Shown here: positions 25,775-32,739 of the stretch, one piece after another
Layout of the letters: each line of letters opens with the position of its first letter
Numbering within the stretch: position 1 is the stretch's first letter
IMG/VR virus record: IMGVR_UViG_3300025892_000004
Location: 1-38,549 of that record
From: a virus
Length of the DNA: 38,549 nucleotides
Strand: one strand, 5' to 3'
Notes under the pieces: model-generated
Told to the model about the DNA's origin: nothing
What the model saw: the letters and a program-made list of their open reading frames with translations, nothing else
The model's database searches: none
Translations under genes and position numbers: made by a program

Positions 25775-28387
25775 CTAACTAAAACAAAAGTCGCTGTTTT
25801 TAATTTGCTCCAGATCCAAGGTTCCTTTTTCTGGGATCTTATGCTCAAAGACATGCGCCGGATTGTTCAACTGATTCCTGATCTCATCCTCAAACTTGTC
25901 GAACAGACAGTCCTCTGAATACATATCCACGAGAGTTGATCTTACAGTGTCGTAAAGATCCCAAGCGTTGCCACTGACTGAAAATGAGTCATGGATCATG
26001 AAAAAGTCTTCCGCTGTGCCATCGTCGATCATCCGACACACAACTTTATGAACGTGGGCGCTGTCGCAGCCATGGATGAAGTTGGGCGCGATGGCATTTG
26101 TCGCCTTTTTGACGTCCGCTGCATCCAACTCCTGACTGAGGCTAACTTTAGTTCTCTTGCGCTGCTTGATTGCTCGGTCATACAAAAAGATCTTGATCTC
26201 TCGACGTCTGGTCTTTCTGTAGTCTTGTACAATCGGAAAGCCGCTCGGAGATGTCCACTTGACCGCCTTATTCTCTCGCGCCAAGACCTCCGTGATGCCT
26301 TGGAGATACTCCATAGCGCCAGAGACCTTCGGTAAGGTCTTCTGGATCGCTTGGTAACTTACGTTGGCAATGAACCTAGCCGCCTCGAATTGACCTTGCT
26401 CTGTCGGCGCTATTGGGTGCTTATCGATTAGTTTGTAGGCGACTTTGCGCTGCAAAGGCTTCATAAGATCTTCGACGAATTGTGCCGCCATGCCCACTGG
26501 CTTCGAAGAGTAGCCAAAGGTCATTGTTGCTCGCTTCAGAACGGATCTTGTGATGCCGTAGTCGAGCCAGACGCGACTTAGTTTTCCGACTGTCGAACTG
26601 TCCTTCCGTTTAGCGTTAAACTTCACTTTGCTCGACCGCTGCTCCTCAAGGATCTTTGTGACACTCTCTGCATTACTGGCGTAAATGTCTGCCACGGTCT
26701 TTGACGGTACAAGGTTGACCAATGCTCCTTCACGCTGACTGCGGTTTAGGCATGAGTAGTGCTGAACGCCACTATTAGTGCCATCCATGGCGATGGGCAC
26801 ATAGCAAACAAAGTCTTCACCTTCCTCAACCCATCGAGCATACTCTAGGGCTGCGGCAACGAATTGGAACGGCTTGTCTGCTTTACTCCAAAAGTCATAA
26901 GATTGCTTAAAGTCCTTGGCTATTGAAAGAATGTTGTCGTGGTTGTCTTGGACCCACTCGACACGCTCGTCCAAGGGTGCCTTGCTGATCTTATCGAAGT
27001 CTCCGACGTTTGCCAGATGGATCATCAGCCAGTAGGCATTGTTGCCCTCGACTCTGTAGCCTCTGTAGTAGGTAAACAGCGCCTTGATGTGATCGTCACG
27101 AAAGTAGTTGAACGACGGAATGCTGTATATACGCCCTCGAAAATCAAGGTTCATCGGCAAGAAGAACTTATCGTGGACCGCTAGTTCATGCGCTGTCTGA
27201 AGATCCTGTCTCATGACCTCCGCTGCGCCCTTGACCTGCGTCACCAGTTTCTGGTGCCTACGGATGTCGGCTTTGATTTCCGCGATGACTTGCGGCTCCA
27301 ACTCTTGCCAGTTCTCCGGCATCCGTGGTCTCTCTGGTAGATCTTGAGTCGGAAACTTGCCCAACTGTTTACGCTCGTCCCAACACCACTGGACAACCTC
27401 CAGAATGGCGTCATTGATTGCGAGTGGTGTGGCTTGGATAGCGTTGACTGCTCGGACGTAATCTGGAGTGCCTTTCGTAAACTGATGTCGAATTGTATTC
27501 TCTTGCTCTATCGTTGGCGACCTCACCAACTTCACACAACTCGAAAGAAACTCATCGTGATAGGCACCAGTATCAAAGTCCGTCCATGGGTTTGGCTCTG
27601 ACAGCATCGGTTTAAATATGGGTGCCATCCAACTTAGGTATTTTTCTGACTTCTCAAGTTGCTTCTCGGCTGCTTCCGTGAACTTCAGCCGAAGCATCGT
27701 ATTGTTTTTGCCTTCGATCTCAAGTGACTTGTCGAACACATGAGAGCACTCAAGCACAATCGATAGAACAGGAGCCGCAAGTTTGGTCCGTCGTTCTTTG
27801 ATTGACTGACGCTCGGCCCTTGTCTTTGCAGTTCCAAAGTTCATTGATCGAAAGCCATTTTTCTCCGCGATAATGCGTAAAGCCTTCAGTCTGTACTTTG
27901 GACTAGAGTGTGCCGTTGTCACCTGATTGATTATTCTTTTGTTGGTGTTGCGTGGCTTTGGGCGCTCTAGTCCTGCTTTGGCTGCAATGTCTATGGCTGT
28001 CTGATGTTCCTGTTTGTCGTGCCATAGCAACTCGTTCTTTAGTAACTCTTTCTCGATCAGTTCGCCAATCGTTTGGGTTATTTGGGTGACTGTGGACACC
28101 TTCAACACCCCATTAAAAGAACACATTAGACCAATGTAAGCCAAGATATCTTCTTCAACTGTAGACAACTCTTCGACCCAAGTTGGAATCCGTCCCTTAG
28201 ACTTCCTGCCTTCTTTAAGTGCCTTTTGTATGCCTTCAGTGACTTTGGGCATTGCTTGTTTTAGGTGGTTGAAGTGGGAGGGGCTATCTGTGACATCTTC
28301 GGAGCCCTCGTGCTTGTCTTTGTATCTTTCGTTTCCTTGGTCTCTCATAGATGTTTCGTAGGCGGCATTAGTGTCTGTAGTGGTCAT
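25775..28387 (-). CDS. Single-subunit DNA-dependent RNA polymerase (T7 gene 1-like)
   Basis: 870 aa. DGTNSGVQHYS (T7: DGSCSGIQHFS); RSVLKRATMTFGYSS (T7: RSVTKRSVMTLAYGS); IHDSF; C-terminus ...DFCFS (T7: ...DFAFA). Confidence 0.95.
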   Translation of the reverse strand: MTTTDTNAAYETSMRDQGNERYKDKHEGSEDVTDSPSHFNHLKQAMPKVTEGIQKALKEGRKSKGRIPTWVEELSTVEEDILAYIGLMCSFNGVLKVSTVTQITQTIGELIEKELLKNELLWHDKQEHQTAIDIAAKAGLERPKPRNTNKRIINQVTTAHSSPKYRLKALRIIAEKNGFRSMNFGTAKTRAERQSIKERRTKLAAPVLSIVLECSHVFDKSLEIEGKNNTMLRLKFTEAAEKQLEKSEKYLSWMAPIFKPMLSEPNPWTDFDTGAYHDEFLSSCVKLVRSPTIEQENTIRHQFTKGTPDYVRAVNAIQATPLAINDAILEVVQWCWDERKQLGKFPTQDLPERPRMPENWQELEPQVIAEIKADIRRHQKLVTQVKGAAEVMRQDLQTAHELAVHDKFFLPMNLDFRGRIYSIPSFNYFRDDHIKALFTYYRGYRVEGNNAYWLMIHLANVGDFDKISKAPLDERVEWVQDNHDNILSIAKDFKQSYDFWSKADKPFQFVAAALEYARWVEEGEDFVCYVPIAMDGTNSGVQHYSCLNRSQREGALVNLVPSKTVADIYASNAESVTKILEEQRSSKVKFNAKRKDSSTVGKLSRVWLDYGITRSVLKRATMTFGYSSKPVGMAAQFVEDLMKPLQRKVAYKLIDKHPIAPTEQGQFEAARFIANVSYQAIQKTLPKVSGAMEYLQGITEVLARENKAVKWTSPSGFPIVQDYRKTRRREIKIFLYDRAIKQRKRTKVSLSQELDAADVKKATNAIAPNFIHGCDSAHVHKVVCRMIDDGTAEDFFMIHDSFSVSGNAWDLYDTVRSTLVDMYSEDCLFDKFEDEIRNQLNNPAHVFEHKIPEKGTLDLEQIKNSDFCFS

Positions 28388-28404
28388 GCGTCTGCTTTCC
28401 CTTT

Positions 28405-28428
28405 GTCTTTCTAATAGGGGGACAGATG
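28405..28428 (-). promoter_or_regulatory. Candidate phage-RNAP promoter (P_A) directly upstream of the RNAP gene
   Basis: Minus strand: TCTGTCCCCCTATTAGAAAG, with 13 nt (TCTGTCCCCCTAT) identical to the plus-strand site at 31892-31904. The predicted start G is 23 nt before the RNAP ATG. Confidence 0.45.
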
Positions 28429-28451
28429 GTGCGCCCTAAGTGAGACGCACC
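28428..28451. promoter_or_regulatory. Inverted repeat GGTGCG-N12-CGCACC abutting P_A (operator, recombinase core or RNA hairpin candidate)
   Basis: Perfect 6-bp arms, extendable to an 8-bp stem with one G-U pair. It lies immediately upstream of the promoter-like element. Confidence 0.5.
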
Positions 28452-28532
28452 TCTTGTCGAAAACAAATGTGAATTGATTGCCTGTCTAAAGTACACGCCC
28501 TTTAGTTAGGCGCTTTGTCTGCCTCGTGGTGC

Positions 28533-28994
28533 CTACTTTGTTTTCAGTAGTTCACCTATTTTTTCGTGAGAATTACTCAGGTAGTTCAGGTTATATTTGT
28601 TGGCTAAATGCGTGACGAAGTCTGCATACCCCAACCAACATTCCACAACTATCTCAGTGGCTTGGATGCTCCGGTGCTTTTGTTTATTACGCTTTATATG
28701 GATCCACCCTGCGTCTCCTGTCTCTTTGACCATGGTGTCCATCGCGGCTCGAGAGGTGCCTAGTAGCTTTTTAGTGCTACTTACGTTTGCATAGTTATCG
28801 TCCAGATGAGCGACGATTGTATGCATAAGAAACCTACGACGCAAAGAAGTCGACATAGAGTATTCTTGTATCTTTAACAGTTCCGCACTATCGATCCGTC
28901 TTCCACCTTCGCTCAGTTCGATTTCATAAGCCGCCAAGCGTCTGGCATACTCGAGCCGAAGCGTGGATCGTGCTCCTTCTAGATTATTTCTCAT
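28533..28994 (-). CDS. Hypothetical protein with an HTH-like segment (possible regulator)
   Basis: 153 aa from the ATG at 28994 (SD GGGAGA 10 nt upstream); the longest ORF would start at a GTG at 29060. The HTH-like segment is SSTKKLLGTSRAAMDTMVKETGDAGWI. The gene sits between the integrase and RNAP genes. Confidence 0.55.
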   Translation of the reverse strand: MRNNLEGARSTLRLEYARRLAAYEIELSEGGRRIDSAELLKIQEYSMSTSLRRRFLMHTIVAHLDDNYANVSSTKKLLGTSRAAMDTMVKETGDAGWIHIKRNKQKHRSIQATEIVVECWLGYADFVTHLANKYNLNYLSNSHEKIGELLKTK

Positions 28995-29059
28995 GTAAAA
29001 TTTTCTCCCAGTAGTGTAAATATGATATAAAAACTTCTCTTTCTGTCCATGCGTAGTCA

Positions 29060-29902
29060 CTATGCACCACCAGACATTTGTGCCGCGATTGCTTGTAATG
29101 CGCTTGGCTTGGCTTTGATGTACTTGCGCGTCGTTTTCTCTGACCTGTGGCCCAACATAAGACCAATGACAGCAGAGTTGGCCTTGATGTCATTAGCCAT
29201 CTTGGTTGCTGCCGTATGCCTTAGAGTGTGGAACACATAGCGCGGATCCCTGTGCAGCAAGTCGCGCCTCATGCGTCCCCACGCTCGATAGAATCGCGTG
29301 TGCTCGAAGTATCGCGCAGGTAAGAAGTCGAGTGCTGCCAAGGCGTCATGCGCTCTCTTGTTCAATGGAACGTACCGCTCGTCGCCGTTCTTGGTGTCCT
29401 CCAGATGCACCCAGTTCGCTCCGGTGTCGTCTTGCTCGAGGCTGTCCCGAGTCAATCCGGTGATCTCACCAAGGCGCATTCCAGTCTGGTGTCCCAACAC
29501 GATAAAATGGGCCATGTAGGCGTCGTCAGTGCCTTTGAAGTAGGCCTCCATTCGCTCCAGTTGCTCCTCCGTAAAGAAGAGAGGCCGTGCGTTGGTCTTG
29601 GTTGCCCTCCACGTAAACTTTGGCGCGTGTGTTATGTGCTCCTCGTTCACTGCGTGACCAAAGACGCGAGTCAACATGGCTGCGTAATGGTTGACCGTGT
29701 TATCCGACAGCCCCTCCTGCGTAAGGCTGTCAAAGAAGTCGTGGATGTTGTGAGGCTTAAAGTCGCCAAGATCCCGAGTGCCGTAGTCTCTGAAGTTGGC
29801 GAACTTCTCCGCCTTCCTAACAGACTTCCTGCGGTGATCATCTGTGCCGCTCCAAAGTCTGTGCTGCTCGAACATTACGAAAGTTAAAAAGTCATAAGTC
29901 AT
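29060..29902 (-). CDS. int: Tyrosine recombinase / integrase (short, XerC/D-like)
   Basis: Catalytic pattern GMRLGEITGL (Arg), HTLRHTAAT (H-x-x-R), and LGHRSEKTTRKYIK (His and the Tyr nucleophile). There is an ATGA overlap with the upstream early gene. Confidence 0.9.
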   Translation of the reverse strand: MTYDFLTFVMFEQHRLWSGTDDHRRKSVRKAEKFANFRDYGTRDLGDFKPHNIHDFFDSLTQEGLSDNTVNHYAAMLTRVFGHAVNEEHITHAPKFTWRATKTNARPLFFTEEQLERMEAYFKGTDDAYMAHFIVLGHQTGMRLGEITGLTRDSLEQDDTGANWVHLEDTKNGDERYVPLNKRAHDALAALDFLPARYFEHTRFYRAWGRMRRDLLHRDPRYVFHTLRHTAATKMANDIKANSAVIGLMLGHRSEKTTRKYIKAKPSALQAIAAQMSGGA

Positions 29903-30189
29903 GATGTCACCTCCGCATTTCTCTCGAGATAAATTTCAATTTCGCTTCCATCGTCTAAAGAGAAAGACTTGGTCTCCCACCCTACGACCTTTGAAAGCGG
30001 CTGTCCGTATTCGGTCTTCATGACTTTGCCGTTCTTGTGCTTCAGTTGCTCTTCGACTGGCTGTTGGATTTCCACATTTATCTCGTAGTAAATGCTGTCC
30101 TTAAACCAATCTAAATTACTTTTCATTTCCTCTTGAATGTACTTCATCAAAGCCTTCTCAAGGTCGTACATGCCTAACTTGATGTGCAT
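29899..30189 (-). CDS. Early hypothetical protein (96 aa)
   Basis: The internal ATG at 30189 forms a TAATG overlap with the upstream gene. The longer 178-aa reading overlaps two better ORFs. Confidence 0.6.
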   Translation of the reverse strand: MHIKLGMYDLEKALMKYIQEEMKSNLDWFKDSIYYEINVEIQQPVEEQLKHKNGKVMKTEYGQPLSKVVGWETKSFSLDDGSEIEIYLERNAEVTS

Positions 30190-30389
30190 TATTTTCTCTC
30201 CTGTTCTGCGACGGCTGCCGCTGCTATCTTTGCCATGTGTCGGATCTGATGCTCTGCATCGATGATCGACTGCTGTTCGGCCTTTGGGTTTTGCAAGACC
30301 ATGATCACAATCTCTGCGACCGTCTCCCAAGACGGACACAGATTGACTGTTGTGACTGGCTCGAAGCCTTTCAGTTGAATACGGCTCAT
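30189..30389 (-). CDS. Early hypothetical protein (66 aa)
   Basis: Translationally coupled on both sides. Confidence 0.55.
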   Translation of the reverse strand: MSRIQLKGFEPVTTVNLCPSWETVAEIVIMVLQNPKAEQQSIIDAEHQIRHMAKIAAAAVAEQERK

Positions 30390-30592
30390 GATGTCTCTCC
30401 CAGTCCGTCACATTCACCACTGCAAGACAGCGCATGGGCGATACATGCGGAATACTCTGTCAATGCTTCGTTGACGTCCGTTGTACTTTCGACCTGCAAT
30501 CCATAGCGGACAGCGTAGCCATCAAAAGTCCTGAACAACTCAACGCTTATCGCGTCGTTGGTCGTGTCGTTTTTTGCGATTAGTTTAAGCAT
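30386..30592 (-). CDS. Early hypothetical protein (68 aa, acidic, Cys-rich C-terminus)
   Basis: ATGA overlap with the downstream gene. The ATG lies 1 nt after the stop of the upstream mini-ORF. Confidence 0.55.
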   Translation of the reverse strand: MLKLIAKNDTTNDAISVELFRTFDGYAVRYGLQVESTTDVNEALTEYSACIAHALSCSGECDGLGETS

Positions 30593-30593
30593 A

Positions 30594-30707
30594 TTAGTTA
30601 ACTCCCATTAATGCAGCGCCAATCCACAGACTGGCGTAAAATGTACCGAAGATGCAGAGGGCGCCGATGACGTCCCCCACGATTGCAAGTGCTTCACGAC
30701 GCTTCAT
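30594..30707 (-). CDS. Early 37-aa single-TM peptide (not in the ORF track)
   Basis: Hand translation gives MKRREALAIVGDVIGALCIFGTFYASLWIGAALMGVN. There is an ATGA overlap with the stop of the 122-aa gene, and it exactly fills the 30593-30703 gap. Confidence 0.5.
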   Translation of the reverse strand: MKRREALAIVGDVIGALCIFGTFYASLWIGAALMGVN

Positions 30708-31072
30708 GATGTCGCCTCCTTTTCCATGCCACAGATGATGTTCGCCATGAATGACCAGTAGCCATCAATGACCTTGTCTTGGAGTTTGTCGCTTGCTTCT
30801 GGATCGATTGAGCCAAACTCAATAGCCATGTCGATGATGTCGCCATTATAACAGGCGATTGGGAGAGCCAGACCAGACAGCCAGTCTGCTATCGCTTTCT
30901 GTTTGCCAACTTGAGCAACTCTCCATCCGTACTCTGAGTTGAGCCGCTCGAACAGACGCTTGATCTTGGCCTCTCTCGTGGGCAGTTCGTTGCCGTCGTG
31001 ATCTGTTAAGGTGTCGAGGATGTAGGCCTGATAGCGTGGCTTATAGACTGTGTGGTGTACCTTGCCGCTCAT
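30704..31072 (-). CDS. Early hypothetical protein (122 aa)
   Basis: ATGA overlap with the upstream gene. The composition is globular and I recognised no motif with certainty. Confidence 0.65.
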   Translation of the reverse strand: MSGKVHHTVYKPRYQAYILDTLTDHDGNELPTREAKIKRLFERLNSEYGWRVAQVGKQKAIADWLSGLALPIACYNGDIIDMAIEFGSIDPEASDKLQDKVIDGYWSFMANIICGMEKEATS

Positions 31073-31629
31073 GACTGCACCTCCAGACCAAAGGTCCAGT
31101 CTATGGACTGTCGGAGGTCATTCTTGAGGGCAAAAGACTGGAACACCCATCCTTCGCCATATTGCTTTCCTCTGTACTTGTTGGCATATGCCGGACGGAT
31201 GAAGTTGCCTTCAGCATCTTGGAAAAAGTACGCTCCGAGGTGGTAGCGTGGATTGCCGTTCACGTCGTTGTTGATGCGAACTGCTTGGGCCTCTAGGCTG
31301 TTGGCCATGGCCTCTACCGCTGCTTTCTTTTCGACTGCTTCAACGGCTTCTTTCTTGACCTCCGAAGATAACATTGAAGGATCATTCAAAGACTTTAGAA
31401 CAGCCCTAAGTGCCTCCGGTGATCCGTCAGTCGGGACGATGATATGATGCTTTGTGCGCCACACGTCGCCATAGTATTCGTGATTAAATGCTCTAGTATA
31501 GCCTTTGAAGCCTTCTTCCCAAACGTCCACGACCTCCGAACGTTCGTAAGACCCAAAGACGTCAACCCACTCGTCACCTTCGACGCCATAGTTCAAGATT
31601 AATGTGTAGTATTTAGTTTCTTTAGACAT
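31069..31629 (-). CDS. First early gene, hypothetical protein (186 aa)
   Basis: SD AAGGAG lies 7 nt before the ATG. It has an acidic N-terminal half and a C-terminal VNGNPRYHLGAYFF...YRGKQYGEGWVF segment. Confidence 0.65.
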   Translation of the reverse strand: MSKETKYYTLILNYGVEGDEWVDVFGSYERSEVVDVWEEGFKGYTRAFNHEYYGDVWRTKHHIIVPTDGSPEALRAVLKSLNDPSMLSSEVKKEAVEAVEKKAAVEAMANSLEAQAVRINNDVNGNPRYHLGAYFFQDAEGNFIRPAYANKYRGKQYGEGWVFQSFALKNDLRQSIDWTFGLEVQS

Positions 31630-31734
31630 ATGTTCTCTCCTTGTCTGTCTTGTTAGACGAGGATGTCGGAACTTTATGTCTACTGTGGCCTAGTGGCCTG
31701 AGTCGGGCTGTGTGCCTCTGCTTGGTGCTTTCGG

Positions 31735-31757
31735 TGGGGAGTTACAGTCCCCTGCCA
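31735..31757 (+). repeat. Hub hairpin motif copy 1 (TGGGGA-N4-CNGTCCCCTGYCA)
   Basis: TGGGGAGTTACAGTCCCCTGCCA. The GGGGA/TCCCC stem encloses a 7-nt loop. 18/23 positions are identical to copy 2. Confidence 0.6.
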
Positions 31758-31888
31758 CACCTTGCGGCCTGTCGCCCTATCAAATGTAAACCAAGGCCCC
31801 AACGCCTCGTTAGACCCTTAATGAATCAACGGACATCCCCTGTCAACCCCTTGCCAGTCAATTAGTGACTGAAAGAGACAATAGAAGA

Positions 31889-31911
31889 CCTTCTGTCCCC
31901 CTATAGAAGCA
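31889..31911 (+). promoter_or_regulatory. Candidate phage-RNAP promoter (P_C) heading the plus-strand block
   Basis: CCTTCTGTCCCCCTATAGAAGCA. The CTATAGAAG 3' end resembles the SP6/T7 -5..+4 region (CACTATAGAAG). Two further YCTATAG elements lie at 31940-31947 and 32016-32023. Confidence 0.45.
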
Positions 31912-32527
31912 GAAGAGCGGTGATCACTGCCGACGTCTGCACTATAGTTGACTGAGGAAACATCCTCCTCGACCACACAAAGAACACAAACAAAAGAACT
32001 TGAGTGACCTTAGTCTCTATAGACGGAGGTGCTTGAGGCGCGAGAGTCGATCCCATGAGCCGAGGCCCAACCCTCGACCATCAGGTGATCCTCTCGCAAC
32101 TAATAACACAGACAAAAGATCGGGAGTTACTAAAGATGCTGAAGAAACTGAAAGAGATTATGTGTCGCCTCATCGACGGACTAAGGAAGATCGTGAGTAG
32201 ACTTGTCGGCGCTTGTGTTGCCGTGTGGATCTGGTGTTGGTCTTGGCTCCCGAAGTCGGGCTGATTGTTCTAGTGTTTGGCTGTGTCGTGTGGCATTGGC
32301 TGCGCTTTGTGTTCTATGAGTCGAGAGAGGGCGAGAGACGGAGGCACGAGAGGCGACGAGAGAGACTGAGGCATCGTGGGCCACCTTGGAGTGATCCTGA
32401 GGTCTGATGAGGCTGTGAGTGGCTGTGGTCCCTATCTGTATCGAAAAGAAAATGACCCTCGCCGAATAAGTTTCACTAATGGCGCTAATGTCTAGCGATG
32501 CAACCATTGCATCCCCCCCAGTATCGT

Positions 32528-32550
32528 TGGGGATATTCTGTCCCCTGTCA
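32528..32550 (+). repeat. Hub hairpin motif copy 2
   Basis: TGGGGATATTCTGTCCCCTGTCA, with the same stem and loop size as copy 1. A half-site CATCCCCTGTCA lies at 31834-31845. Confidence 0.6.
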
Positions 32551-32739
32551 AAGAACACCAGTAAAAACAGTGGCTTAGTGGATCGACCTAAGAAAACTTA
32601 GGTTCCCTAGCCGAAATCAACCCCCACGCACCAACGAAAAAGATCAATTTCAAAAAGTAGACTAAAGGTCGGCGTTGTTGTTGTTGTAGTCCGTCTCTTT
32701 AAAGCAGCGGCTACTTTTGAAAACAAAAGGAACTTTAAG

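Noticed and set aside
28428-28451. dif-like XerC/D site (starts GGTGCGC like the E. coli dif XerC arm)
   Set aside because: Only 7 nt match and the rest of the 28-bp dif consensus is absent. I kept it as a generic inverted repeat, operator or core-site candidate instead.
29206-29887. Plus-strand ORFs antisense to the integrase (up to 179 aa)
   Set aside because: The GC-rich int region is depleted of stop codons on the opposite strand. These ORFs have no SD and an Arg/Ser/Pro-rich composition, while the int frame has the full catalytic signature.
31700-31810. tRNA or tRNA fragment suggested by the GGGGA-7nt-TCCCC hairpin (the minus-strand loop CTGTAAC looks like a Tyr anticodon loop)
   Set aside because: No acceptor stem, D-arm or GTTCRANYC T-loop can be built around it on either strand, and the same stem recurs at 32529-32545 as part of a repeated motif.
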